Shown in pieces: positions 35,022 to 48,797 of a stretch of DNA of 64,000 nucleotides. This DNA comes from Pristiophorus japonicus. Its lineage: Eukaryota. The stretch is taken from NCBI RefSeq assembly GCF_044704955.1, contig NC_091987.1, positions 148,304,001 through 148,368,000 of the forward strand, in the 5' to 3' direction. The notes beneath the pieces are model-generated. The model did not search any database and had not been told where the DNA came from. It saw only the letters and a list, made by a program, of their open reading frames with translations. The translations under genes and the position numbers were made by a program. How positions within the stretch are numbered: the stretch's first letter is position 1; each line of letters begins with the position of its first letter.

Positions 35022-38000
35022 GATACAGTGTTCTTTCCCCCTCTGGGTTCGAGTATCACAGGTTTTTAAATACACTGTCCTTTCCCCCTCTGGGATGTGT
35101 GTCGCAATGCGTTAGATACACTGTCCTTTTTCCCTCATGGACCGGTTGTCACAGTGCGTTAGATACACTGTCCTTTCCCCCTCTGGCATGGTGTCACAGT
35201 GCCTTCGATACACTGTTCTTTCACCCTCTGGGACTGGGTGTCACAGTGCGTTAGATACACTCTCTTTTCCCCCTCTGGGACCTGGTGTCACAGTGCCTTC
35301 GATACACTGTTCTTTCACCCTCTGGGACTGGGTGTCACAGTGCGTTAGATACACTCTCCTTTCCCCCTCTGGGACCTGGTGTCACAGTGCCTTAGATACA
35401 CTGTCTTTTCCCCCTTTGAGAATGGATATCACACATTAGATACACTGCCCTTTCCCCCTCTGGGAGCGGCTGTCTCAGTGCGTTAGATACCCTGTCCTTT
35501 CTCCCTCTGGGACTGGGTGTCACAGTGCGTTTGATACATTGTCCTTTCCCCTTCTGGGACCAGGTGTCCACAGTACATTTGATACACTGTCCTTTCCCCC
35601 TGTGGGACTGGGTGTCACGGTGGATTAGATGCACTGTTCTTTCCTCCTTAGGGACCGGGTGTCACAGTGTGTTATATACACTGTTCTTTTCCCGGTCTTG
35701 GACCGGTTGTCACAGTGCCTTTCCCCTCTAGGATGGGTGTCACTGTGCATTAGATACACTGTCCTTTCGCCCTCTGGGACTGGATGTCACAGTGCGTTAG
35801 ATACACTGTTCTTTCCCTCTCTGTGACTGGGTGTCACAGTGCGTTGGATACACTGTCCTTCCACCTCTGGGACTGAGTGTTACACTGCATTCGACACACT
35901 CTCCTTTCCCCGGCTGGGACTGGATGTCACAGTGCGTTAGATACACTGTTCTTTCCCTCTCTGTGACTGGGTGTCACAGTGCGTTGGATACACTGTCCTT
36001 CCATCTCTGGGACTGAGTGTTACACTGCATTCGACACACTCTCCTTTCCCCGGCTGGGACTGGGTGTCACAGTGCATTCGACACACTGTCCTTTCCCTCT
36101 CTGGGACTGGTTATCACAGTGCATTAGATACAAAGTGCATTCCCTCTCTGGAACCGGGTGACACAGTGCATTAGATACACTCTCCTTTCCCCCTCTGGGA
36201 CCTGGTGTCACAGTGCCTTAGACAGTGTCTTTTCCCCCTTTGAGAATGGATATCACACATTAGATACACTGCCCTTTCCCCTTCTGGGAGCGGCTGTCTC
36301 AGTGCGTTAGATACCCTGTCCTTTCTCCCTCTGGGACTGGGTGTCACAGTGCGTTTGATACATTGTCCTTTCCCCTTCTGGGACCAGGTGTCCACAGTAC
36401 ATTTGATACACTGTCCTTTCCCCCTGTGGGACTGGATGTCACGGTGGATTAGATGCACTGTTCTTTCCTCCTTAGGGACCGGGTGTCACAGTGTGTTATA
36501 TACACTGTTCTTTTCCCGGTCTTGGACCGGTTGTCATAATGCCTTTCCCCTCTAGGATGGGTGTCACTGTGCATTAGATACACTGTCCTTTCGCCCTCTG
36601 GGACTGGATGTCACAGTGCGTTAGATACACTGTTCTTTCCCTCTCTGTGACTGGGTGTCACAGTGCGTTGGATACACTGTCCTTCCACCTCTGGGACTGA
36701 GTGTTACACTGCGTTCGACACACTCTCCTTTCCCCGGCTGGGACTGGGTGTCACAGTGCATTCGACACACTGTCCTTTCCCTCTCTGGGACTGGTTGTCA
36801 CAGTGCATTAGATACAAAGTGCATTCCCTCTCTGGAACCGGGTGACACAGTGCATTAGATACACTGTCCTTTCCCCCTCTGGGATTGGTTTACACTAGAT
36901 ATTGTGGAGGGAGGGAAAGGCCACGTTAGTTGTTGTGTTCAGAGTTGCCTGCACTTTGTATTTGATCGAGAAGGCAGTGAGCAGTCATATGATATCCCGG
37001 ATATACACATTCCAACTGCTTTCTTGAGAAATCCACAGAAATCAGCACTCGCCACATTCGAAACATAACGAGCAGAGAAACACTTCCTCAGAGGGATTGC
37101 AACCTGGATAAGAATTCAGCTCACTGGGACCGGGTATAATAGTGTGTTAGATACACTGTCCTTTCCCTCTCTGGGACAAGGTGTCACAGTGCGATAGATA
37201 GACTGACCTTTCTCATTTCTGGGATCGGGTGTCACAGTATCTTAGATACACTGTTCCTTCCCCCTAGTGGGACCGGGTGTCACAGTACGTTAGATACACT
37301 CTCCTTTCCCCTTCTGGGACCGCGTGTCACAGTACCTTATATATACTGTTCTTTCCCCCTCTGGGACCGGGTGTCACAGTGTGTTCGATACAATGACCTT
37401 TCCCCCTCTGGGACCGAGTGTCCACAGTACATTTGAAACACTGTCCTTTCCCCCTGTGGGACTGGGTGTCACAGTGGATTAGATGCACTCTCCTTTCCTC
37501 CTCAGGGGCCGGGTGTCACAGTGTGTTATATACTCTATCCTTTAGGACGGGTGTCACTGTGCGTTAGGTACACTGTCCTTTCCCACTGTGTGGGACTGGG
37601 TGTCACATTGCTTTAGATACACAGTCCTTTCACCCTCTGGGACTGGGTGTCACAGTGCGTCGGATACACTGTCCTTTCCTCCTCTGGGATTGGTTTACAC
37701 TAGATATTGTGGAGGGAGGGTAAGGCCACATTAGTTGTTGTGTTCAGAGCTGCCTGTACTTTGTATTTGATCAAGAAGGCATATGATATCCCGGATATAC
37801 ATATTCCAACTGCTTTCTTGAGAAGTCCACAGAAATCAGCACTCGCCACATTCGAAACATAACGAGCAGAGAAACACTTCCTCAGAGAGATTGCAACCTG
37901 GATAAGAATCCAGCCCGCTGGGACCGGGTATCACAGTGTGTTAGATACACTGTCCTTTCCCCCTCTGGGACCGGGTGTCACAATGCGGTAGATACACTGT

Positions 38001-38566
38001 CCTTTCCCCCTCTGGGACTGGGTGTCACAGTGTGTTAGATACACTGTCCCTTCCCCCGCTGGGTTTGGGTGACACAGTGTATTGATGCATTGTCCATTCC
38101 TCCTCTGGGACCGGGTGTCCACAGTACATTTGATACACTGTCCTTTCCCCCTGTGGGACTGGGTTTCACCATGGATTAGATGCACTGTCCTTTCCTCCTC
38201 AGGTGCCGGGGGTCACAGTGTGTTATATACTCCATCCTTTCCCCTCTAGGACGGGTGTCACAGTGCGTTAGATACACTCTCCTTTCCCCTTCTGGGACCG
38301 CGTGTCACAGTACCTTATATACACTGTTCTTTCCCCCTCTGGGACCGGGTGTCACAGTGTGTTCAATACAATGACCTTTCCCCCTCTGGGACCGGGTGTC
38401 CACAGGACATTTGAAACACTGTCCTTTCCCCCTGTGGGACTGGGTTTCACCGTGGATTAGATGCACTGTCCTTTCCTCCTCAGGGGCCGGGGGTCACAGT
38501 GTGTTATATACTCCATCCTTTCCCCTCTAGGATGGGTGTCACAGTGCGTTAGATACACTGTCCTTT

Positions 38567-39036
38567 GCACATACCATTGCAGGGAGCAGCACGTGCTGCT
38601 GCAGGAGGGCGATGGCTATGAAGCCTGGTCACTGATTGCAGTACGGGCAGGCACAGCAAGAGGGGCGAAGAAGCAGCAAGAGTCCGTAGAGGGAAGTGAC
38701 CGGGGCCCTGGAGAGACGTGAATCTGGGGCCCAGAAGAAGCAAGGGCCCAGGGGCAGCACAGGCCAGCCCACACTGCGATATGTATGCGTGCTCGGTCTG
38801 TGCAGCAGAGCTGGGCTCCAGTTAGTCTTGGGTAATCCTTGCCACTGGACCAAGACCTAGCTCTGTCAAGGCCCATGTGGTGGCTGATGTGCAACGGCCA
38901 CCACACGTTAAAAAAATCCAAGCACAGGCATCTTCCACCCTTCACAATGTAGTTCAGGATCTGGAATATTAGGTCCTTCATTGAAACACCTGTGAACTCA
39001 TCCTCGCTTGGAGGGACTGCCTATGATGATGATGAT
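38567..39036 (+). mobile_element. short RTE-related retroposon with (GAT)n tail
   Basis: Ends GAGGGACTGCCTATGATGATGATGAT. A second copy at 44530-45024 sits at the same satellite position. The RTE assignment is by recall of the tail. Confidence 0.65.
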
Positions 39037-41712
39037 TTCCCCCTCTGGGACCGGGTGTCTCAGTGCGTTAGATACATTGTCCTTTGCCCCTCTGGGACCG
39101 GGTGTCACAGTGCGATAGATAGACTGACCTTTTCCATTTCTGGGATCGGGTGTCACAGTATCTTAGATACACTGTTCCTTCCCCCCAGTGAGACCGGGTG
39201 TCACAGTGCGTTAGATACACTCTCCTTTGCCCCTCTGGGACCGGGTGTCACAGTACGTTAGATACAATGTCTTTTCCGCATCTGGGACCTGGTGTCCACA
39301 GTACATTTGATACACTCTCCTTTCCCCCTGTGGGACTGGGTGTCACCATGGATTAGATACACTGTTCCTTCCCACTACTGGGACCGGGTGTCACAGTACG
39401 TTAGATACGCTCTCCTTTCCCCTTCTGGGACTACGTGTCACAGTACCTTATATACACTGTTCTTTCCCCCTCTAGGACCGGGTGTCACAGTACGTTAGAG
39501 ACACTCTCATTTCCGCTTCTGGGACTGCGTGTCACAGTAACTTATATACACTGTTCTTTCACCCTCTGGGACCTAGTGTCACAGTCCATTTGATACACTG
39601 TCCTTTCCACCTCTGGGACCGGGTGACACAGTGCGTTAGATACACTGTCCTTTCCCCCTCTGGGATTGGTTTATACTAGATATTGTGGAGGGAGGGAAAG
39701 GCTACCTTAGTTGTGGTGTTCAGAGCTGCCAGTACTTTGTATTTGATCGAGAAGGCAGTGATATCCCGGATATACACATTCCAACTGCTTTCTTGAGAAG
39801 TCCACAGAAATCAGCACTCGCCACATTCGAAACATAACGAGCAGAGAAACACTTCCTCAGAGAGATTGCAACCTGGATAAGAATCCAGCCCGCTGGGACC
39901 GGGTATCACAGTGTATTAGATACACTGTCCTTTCCCACTCTGTACCGGGTATCACAATGTGTTAGATACACTGTCCTATCCCATTCTGGGACCAGGTGTC
40001 ACAGTGTGTTAGATACACTGTCCTATCCCATTCTGGGACCGGGTGTCACAGTGTGTTAGATACACTGTCCTTTCCCATTCTGGGACCGGGTATCACAGTG
40101 TGTTAGATACACTGCCCCTTCCCCCTCTGGGAATGGGTGTCACAATGCGTTAGATACACTGTCCTTTCCCCCTCTGGGACCGAGTATCACAGTGTGTTTG
40201 ATACACTGCCCCTTCACCCTCTGGGACCGGCTGTCTCAGTGCGTTAGATACACTGTCCTTTCTCTCTCTGGGACTGGGTGTCACAGTGCGTTTAATACAC
40301 TCTCCTTTCCCCTGTGGGATTGGGTGTCACCATGGATTAGATGCACTGTCCTTTCCTCCTCAGGGGCCGGGTGTCACAGTGTATTATATACTCCATCCTT
40401 TCCGCTCTAGGATGGGTGTCACAGTGCTTTAGAAACACTGTCCTTTCGCCCTCTGGGATTGGATGTCACAGTGCGTTCGATACACTGTCCTTTCCCCCTG
40501 GGACCAGGTGTCAAAGTGCGTTAGACACACTGTCCCTTCATCCTCTGGGACTGGCTGTCACAGTGCGTTAGATACACGGTGTATTTTCCCTCGGGAACCA
40601 GGTGTCACGGAGCGTTCGATACACTGTCCTTTGCCCCTGTGGGACCAGGTGTCTCAGAGCTTTAGATACACTGTCCTTTCCCCCGCTGGGACCGGGTGTC
40701 AAAGTGCATTAGATACAGTGTTCTTTCAGCCTCTGGGAATGGGTGTCACAGTGCGTTAGATAAACTGTCCGTTCCCCTCTGGGAAAGGTGTCACAGTGCG
40801 TTAGATACACTGACCTTTCCCCCTGTGGGACCGGGTGTCACAGAACGTTAGATACACTGCCCTTTCCCCCGCTGGGACCTGGTGTCATGGTGTGTTAGAG
40901 ACAGTGTCCTTTGAGCATCTGGGACTGGGTGTCACAGTGCCTTAGATACATTGTCCTTTCCCCCTCTGTGACTGGGTGTCACAGTGCGTTGGATACACTG
41001 TCCTTTCCCCCGCTGGGACCAGTTGTCACAGTGCATTAGATGCACTGTCCTTTCGGTCTCAAGGACCAGGTGTCACAGAGCGTTAGATACGCTGTCCTTT
41101 CCCCCTCTAGTACCGGGTGTCACTGTGCCTTTGCTATACTGTCCTTTTCCCCCTGTGTGACCGGGTGTCACAGTGCGTTAGATACACTGTTCTTTCCCCC
41201 TCTGGGACCGGGTGTCACACTGCGTTAGATACACTATCCTTTCCCCCGCTGGGACCGGGTACCACAGTGAATTAGATACACTGTCCTTTCCCCCTCTGTG
41301 TCCGAGTATCAAAGATTTTTAGATATACTGTCCTTTACCCATCTGGGACGGGAGTCACAATGCGTTAGATACACTGTCCTTTCTCCCACATGGGCCGGGT
41401 GTCACAGTGTATTAGATACACTGTCCTTTCCCCGTCTGGGACCGGGCGTCACAGTGCGGTAGATAGACTGACCTTTCCCCTTCTGGGATCGGGTGTCACA
41501 GTACCTTAGATACACTGTTCTTTCCCCCAACTGGGACCGGGTGTTACAGTGTGCCAGATACGCTGTCCTTTCCCCCTCTGAGACCTGGTGTCCCAGTGCC
41601 TTAGATGCATTGTATTTTCCCCCTCTGGGACCGGGTGTCACATTGCATTTGATACAATGTCCATTCCCCTCTGGGACCGAGTGTCACGGTGCATTAGATA
41701 CACTGTACTTTG

Positions 41713-41961
41713 TGTGGTATATGTAGGCACCTTTAGTAATGACTCCACGAGGCAGGGTATGATACTTAAACTGTGTAGACTGTAGTCCTTTATTTGCAAC
41801 TCCTCGAATGAGGACACCAAGCTGTGAGCTCCTTTTACCTAAGGTCTCCAGCAACAGCACCCTCTGCTGTACAGGTAAGGTGTGTACAGGGTAAGGGTAC
41901 ATACAGTGTTACATAACAGTGTTACAGACTTCACACAACAAACAAGCATGCATATATAACA
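41713..41961 (-). mobile_element. solo LTR (249 bp) with CTTTG TSD
   Basis: TGTGGTAT...ATATAACA flanked by CTTTG; AATAAA on the minus strand. Confidence 0.85.
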
Positions 41962-43719
41962 CTTTGCTCGCTGGGACCAAATGTCACAGTGCATTAGATA
42001 CACTGTCCTTTCACCCTCTAGGACGGGTGTCACAGTGCGTTGATACATTCTGCTTTCCCCCTCTGGAACCGGGTGTCACAGTGCGTTAGATACACTGTCC
42101 TGACCCCCTTTGGGACTGGGTGTCACAGTGTGATAGATACATTGTCCTTTCCCGCTCTAGGACGGGTGTCACAGTGCGTTGATACACTCTGCTTTCCCCC
42201 TCTGGAACCGGGTGTCACAGTGCGTTAGATACACTGTCCTGTCCCCCTCTGGGACTGGGTTACAGTGTGTCTGATACAATGTCCTTTCCTCCTCTGGGAC
42301 CGGGTGTCACAATACGTTAGATACACTGTCTTTTCCCCCTCTGGGACCGGGTGTCACAGTGCATTAGATACACTGTCCTTTCACCCTCTGGGACCGGGTG
42401 TCACAGGACGTTAGATACACTGTCCTTTCCCCCTCTGGGACCGGGTGTCACAGTGCGGTAGATAGACTGACCTTTCCCCTTCTGGGATCGGGTGTCACAG
42501 TACCTTAGATACACAATTCTTTCCCCCAACTGGGACCGGGTGTTAGTGTGTCAGATACACTGTCTTTCCCCCCTCTGGGACTGAATGTCACACTGCATTT
42601 GATACATTGTCCTTTCACCCTCTGGGACCGGGTGTCCACAGTACATTTGATACAATGTCCTTTCCCGCTGTGAGACTGGGTTTCACAGTGGATTAGATGC
42701 ACTGTCCTTTCTTCCTCAGGGACTGGGTGTCACAGTGTGTTATATACTCTATCCTTTCCCCTCTAGGACGGGTGTCACTGTGAGTTGTCTATACTGTCCT
42801 TTCGCCCTCTGGAACTGGATCACAGTGCGTTAGACACAGTGGACCGGGTGCCACAGTGCGTTAGATACACTGTGCATTCCCCCTCTGGAACCAGGTGTCA
42901 CGGAGCGTTAGATACACTGTCCTTTCCCCCTGTGGGACCGGATGTCACAGCGCGTTAGAATCACTGCCCTTTCCCCCGCTGGGACTGTGTGTCACAGTGC
43001 ATTAGATACACGTCCTTTCGGCCTCTAGTACCAGGTCACAGTGCCTTTGATATACTGTCATTTCCCACTGTATGACCGGGTGTTACAGTGCGTTAGATAC
43101 ACTGTCCTATTCCCCCTCTGGGTCCGAGTATCACAGGTTTTTAGATATACTGTCGTTTCCCCATCTGGGACTGAGTGTCACAGTGTGATCGATACACCAC
43201 TCTTTCCCTCCCTGGGACCGGGTGTCAAAATGCGTTAGATACAGTGTCCTTTCAGCCTCTTGGACTGGGTGTCACAGTGCGTTAGATAAACTGTCCTTTT
43301 CCCTCTGGGAAGGGTGTCACAGTGCGTTAGATACACTGTCCTTTCGGCCTGTAGGACCAGGTGTCACAGAGCGTTAGATACACTGAACTTTCCCCCTCTG
43401 GTACCGGGTGTCACAGTGCCTTTGAAATACTGTCCTTCCCCCTGTTTGACCAGGTGTCACAGTGCGTTAGATACACTGTTCTTTCAACCTCTGGGACCGG
43501 GTGTCACAGTGTGTTTGATACAATGTCCTTTCCGCCTCTAGGACTGCCTGGCACAGTGTTTAAGATACACTGTCCTTTCCCCCTCTGAGACCTGGTGTCC
43601 CAGTGCCTTAGATGCACTGTATTTTCCCCCTCTGGGACCGGGTGTCACATTGCATTTGATACAATGTCCATTTCCCTCTGGGACCGAGTGTCACGGTGCA
43701 TTAGATACACTGTACTTTG

Positions 43720-43968
43720 TGTGGTATATGTAGGCACCTATAGTAATGACTCCTCGAGGCAGGGTATGATACTTAAACTGTGTAGACTGTAGTCCTTTAT
43801 TTGCAACTCTTCGAATGAGGACACCAAGCTGTGAGCTCCTTTTACCTAAGGTCTCCAGCAGCAGCACCCTCTGCTGTACAGGTAAGGTGTGTACAGGGTA
43901 AGGGTACATACAGTATTACATAACAGTGTTACAGACTTCACACAAAAAACAAGCATGCATATATAACA
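43720..43968 (-). mobile_element. duplicate of the same solo LTR with identical flanks
   Basis: Same TSD and flanking satellite variants, 2007 bp downstream. Confidence 0.85.
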
Positions 43969-44529
43969 CTTTGCTCGCTGGGACCAAATGTCACAGTGCA
44001 TTAGATACACTGTCTTTTCACCCTCTGGGACCGGGTGTCGCAGTGTGTTTGATACATTGTCCTTTCCCCCTCTAGGACGGGTGTCACAGTGCTTCGATAC
44101 ACACTGCTTTCCCCCTCTGGAACTGGGTGTCACAGTGCGTTAGATACACTGTCCTGACCCCTCTGGGACTGGTTGTTAGTGTGTCTGATACATTGTCCTT
44201 TCCTCCTCTGGGACCGCGTGTCACAATATGTTAGATACACTGTCTTTTCCCCCTCTGGGACCGGGTGTCACAGCGCATTAGATACACTGTCCTTTCACCC
44301 TCTAGAACCGGGTGTCACAGGACGTTAGATACACTGTCCTTTCCCCCTCTGGGACCGGGTGTCACAGTATGTCAGATACACTGTCCTTTCACCCTCTGGG
44401 ACCGGGTGTCACAGTGCATTAGATACACTGTCCTTTCACCCTTTGGGACCGGGTGTCACAGTGCATTAGATACACTGTCCTTTCCCCTCTGGGACCGGGT
44501 GTCACACTGTGTTTGATACACTGTCCTTT

Positions 44530-45024
44530 GCACATACCATTGCAGGGAGCAGCACATGCTGCTGCAGGAGGGCGATGGCTATGAAGCCAGCTCGCTGATT
44601 GCAGTACGGGCAGGCACAGCAAGAGGGGCGAAGAAACAGCAAGAGTCCGTCGAGGGAAGTGACCGGGGCCCTGGAGAGACGTGAATCTGGGGCCCAGAAG
44701 AAGCAAGGGCCCAGGGGCAGCACAGGCCAGCCCACACTGCGATATGTGTGCGTGCTCGGTCTGTGCAGCAGAGCTGGGCTCCAGTTAATCTTGGGTAATC
44801 CTTGCTACTGGACCAAGACCTAGCTCTGTCAAGCCCGTGTGGTGGCTGATGTGCAACGGCCACCACACGTTAAAAAAATCCAAGCACAGGCATCTTCCAC
44901 CCTTTACGATGTAGTTCGGGATCTGGAATATTAGGTCCTTCATTGAAACACTTGTGAACTCATCCATTATTGGCGTGGAAGCAAGTCATCCTCGCTTCGA
45001 GGGACTGCCTATGATGATGATGAT
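44530..45024 (+). mobile_element. second copy of the RTE-related retroposon
   Basis: Tail GGCGTGGAAGCAAGTCATCCTCGCTTCGAGGGACTGCCT(ATG)n. Confidence 0.65.
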
Positions 45025-45726
45025 TTCCCCCTCTGGGGCCGGGTGTCACAGTGCATTAGATACACTGTCCTTTGCCCCTCTGGGACCAGGTGTCACAGTA
45101 CCTTATATACACTGTTCTATCCCCCTCTGGGACCGGGTGTCACAGTGTGTTCGATATACTGTCCTTTCCCCCTCTGAGAACGGGTATCACAGCGTGTTTG
45201 ATACAGTGTCCTTTCACCCTCTGGGACCGGGTGACACAATGCATTAGATACACTGTCCTTTCCCCCTCTGGGATTGGTTTACACTAGATATTGTGGACGG
45301 AGGGAAGGCTACCTTAGTTGTGGTGTTCAGAGCTGCCTGTACTTCATATTTGATCGAGAAAGCAGTGAGCAGTCATATGATATCCGGATATACACATTCC
45401 AACTGCTTTCTTGAGAAATCCACAGAAATCAGTACTCGCCACAATGCAAACATAATGAGCAGAAAAACACTTCCTCAGAGAGATTGCAACCTGGATAAGA
45501 ATCCAGCCCGCTGGGACCGGGTATCACAGTGTGTTAGATACACTGTCCTTTCCCCCTCTGGGACAAGGTGTCACAATGCGTTAGATACACTGTCCTTTCC
45601 CCCTCTGCGACTGAGTATCACAGTGTGTTTGATACACTGCCCTTTCCCCCTCTGGGACAAGGTGGCACAATGCGTTAGATACACTTTCCCTTACCCCGCT
45701 GGGACCGGTGACACAATGTGTTTGAC

Positions 45727-47570
45727 ACAATCAATATGGAGGTTAAAATCACCCATGATTATTGCTGTTCCCTTTTTACAAGCCCCCACTATTTCCTGGT
45801 TTATGCTCCGACCAACAGAGTTGCTACTGTTAGGGGGCCTATAGACTACGCCCACCAGTGACTTTTTCCCCTTATTATTCCTTATCTCCACCCAAACCGT
45901 TTCAACATCCTGATCATTTGAGCCCATATCGTTTCTCACTATTGCAGTGATTCCATCCTTTATCAATAGAGCTACCCCACCTCCTTTTCCTGTCTGTCTG
46001 TCCTTCTGGATTGTCAAGTACCCCTGAATATTTAATTCCCAGTCCTGGTCACCTTGCAACCATGTCTCTGTAATGGCTATCAGATCATACCCATTTGTAT
46101 CTATTTGTGCCGTCAACTCATCTATTTTGTTAAGAATGCTTCATGCAGTTAGACAAAGAGCCTTTAAATTTGTTGTTTTTTACCATTTTTTCTGCTTCAT
46201 TTCTCTCTCCTTCAAACTCACTTTCTTTATTTTTGCTTTCTAATTCCAGCTTTACTCCTCTCCCTACTGAATCTATTTTTGGGTTCCGATCCCCCTGCCA
46301 AGCTAGTTTAAACCCTCTCTAACAGCACTAGCCACCCCGCCGCCCCCCGCGAGGATATTGGTCTCTGCTCTGTTGAGGTACAACCCGTCCGCCTTGTACA
46401 GGTCCCACCTCCCCCAGAAGCGGTCTCAATGCCTCAGGAAACTAAAGCCCTCCCTCCTGCACCATCTCTCCAGCCACGCATTAATCCACTCTATCCTTCT
46501 GTTTCTGTATTCACTAGCTCGTGGCACTGGGAGTAATCTGGAGATTACCATCTTTGAGGTCCTGCTTTTTAATTTCTCTCCTAGCTCCCTAAACTCTGCC
46601 TGCAGGAGCTCATCCCTCTTTCTACCTATGTCATTGGTCCCGATATGGACCACGACCTCCGGGTGTTCACCCTCTCCCCCCAAAATGCCTTGCAGCCACT
46701 CAGTGACATCCTTGACCCTGGCATCAGGGAGGCAACATACCATCCTGGAGTCACGTCTGCGGCCGCAGAAACGCCTGTCTGCTCCCCTGACTATTGAATC
46801 CCCTACCACTATAGCTCTTCCATTCTTCTTACTCCCCCCCCCCCCCGCCGTGTGCAGCTGAGCCACCCGTGGTGCCGTTGCACTCCCCAGAGGCACCATC
46901 GCCCCCACCAGTACTCAGAACAGAGGTTGGAGAGCGAGATGGACTCAGGGAACTCCTGCACTACCTGCCGAGTCCTCTTCTGGCCGGCGGTCACCCACTC
47001 CCTCTCTATCTGCACACTCTTAAGCTGCGGGGTGACCACCTCTAGAAACCTGCTATCCATGTAGCTCTCAGTTTCACGGATGCATCGCAGTGACTCCAGC
47101 CGCCGCTACAGCTCCAAAACACGGAGCTCGAGTTGGTGCAGCTGGAGACACCTCCTGCACACGTGGTCGTCCCGGCTGCACGAAGTGTCCAGGATTTCCC
47201 ACATGCCGCAGGATGTGCACTCCACGGGACTGAGCTGCCCTGCCATCCCTCTGGTTACACTCGGAACTATCGAGTAGGACTAAACTCCAAACCTTAGCAC
47301 AACACGCCCAGCAAACAGTTGATTTAATTAATGAGTTCTCCTTAGATAATAAAGATCACTTATCTATTTAATTGCAGGTCCTAACTTACATCAAAGCCCA
47401 AGGTTTTTTAAAGGAAAGACAAATACTCACCAATCCACCAGCCAATCACTTGGCTGTGACGTCACACTTTGATTTTCATTCTTTTTACTTTTTTTCCCTT
47501 ACTCCTGTCACTGCTGCAGCTCGTTGCTCCCGGCGCCATTTGTAGTTTCTCACAATTTTTGCCCTTCGAC
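45727..47570 (-). mobile_element. CR1 5' half: 5'UTR, ORF1 (Zn-finger + SGNH esterase) and APE N-terminus; 3'-truncated
   Basis: CTSCGMWE..CRRC; VVGDSIVRG..VVHIGTNDIG; IAITETWL, GGGVAL, VYRPPN, IIMGDFN. Confidence 0.9.
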
Positions 47571-48761
47571 CTCTCATATTCTCACTCTCCCTGTTTCACT
47601 CTCACTCACTCTCCCTTTTTCACTCTCACACTCACTCTCCCTGTTTCACTCTCACTCTTTCTCTGTTTTACTCTCTCTCTCACTCTCTCACTAACTTTCT
47701 CTCTCTCTCCCTCTCCCTGTTTCACTTAATATTTCACTCTCCCTGTTTCACTCTCTCATTCTCCCTCTTCCTGTTTCACTCTCACACTCTCAACCTCCCT
47801 GTTCACTCTCTCTTATTCTCACTCTCCCTGTTTCACTCACTCACTCTCTCCTTCTCTCTCCCTGGTTCACTGTCTCTCTCCCTCTCCCTGCTTCACTGTC
47901 TTTCACTCTTTCTCTCACTCACTTTCTCCCTCCCTGTTTCACTTTCTCTCCCTCTCCCTGTTTCACTCTCACTCTTTCATGGTTTCTCCCTCACTCACCC
48001 TGTTTCACTCTCACTCTCCCTGTTTCACACTCTCACTTTCAATCTCCCTGCTTCAATCCCTCACTCCCTGTTTCTCTCTCTCTCCCTGTTTCTCTCTCTC
48101 TCCCTGTTTCACTCTCTCTCATTCTCCTTCTTCTTGTTTCACTCTCTCTCATTCTCTCTCTCCCTGTTTCACTCACTCATTCTCTCCCTCTCTCTCCCTG
48201 GTTCACTCTCTTTCTCTCTCCCTGGTTCACTGTCGCTCACTCTCTCTCTCTCTCTCTCTCTCTCCCTCTTTCCCGGTTTCTCTCACTTTCTCCCTCCCTG
48301 TTTCACTTTCTCTCCCTCTCCCTGTTTCACTCTCACACTTTTGTGCTTTCTCCCTCACTCACCCTGTTTCACTCTCACTCTCCCTATTTCACACTCTCAT
48401 TCTCCCTGTTTCAATCCCTCACTCCCTGTTTCAATCTCTCACTCTCTCTTTCTCCCTCTCCCTGTTTCACTCTCTCATTCTCCCTCTTCCTGTTTCACTT
48501 TCTCTTATTCTTCCTCTTCCTGTTTCACTCTCTCTCATTCTCTCTCCCTGTTTCACTCTCTCTCATTCTCTCTCTCCCTGTTTCACTGTCTCTCTCTCTC
48601 TCTCCCTGGTTCACTGTCTCTCTCTCTCTTTCTCTATTTCTCTCTCTCTCTTTCTCTGTTTCTCTCACTCTCTCCCTCCCTATTTCACATTCTCTCACTC
48701 TCACTCTCCCTGATTCACTCTTTCTCCCTCTCCCTGTTTCACTCACTCTCACTCGCCCTGT

Positions 48762-48797
<36 letters not shown>

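Larger units (their letters stand above)
26843..45726. repeat. 47-bp satellite array (consensus GTGTCACAGTGCGTTAGATACACTGTCCTTTCCCCCTCTGGGACCGG), interrupted by TEs
   Basis: Hundreds of diverged tandem copies with higher-order duplications. Confidence 0.96.

Noticed and set aside
26843-45726. CACAGTG (V(D)J RSS heptamer) in nearly every satellite monomer
   Set aside because: There is no ACAAAAACC-like nonamer at 12 or 23 bp and no V/D/J segments. At most these are cryptic heptamers.
26843-45726. CRISPR-like array
   Set aside because: The repeats are contiguous diverged monomers without unique spacers, the context is eukaryotic, and there are no cas genes.
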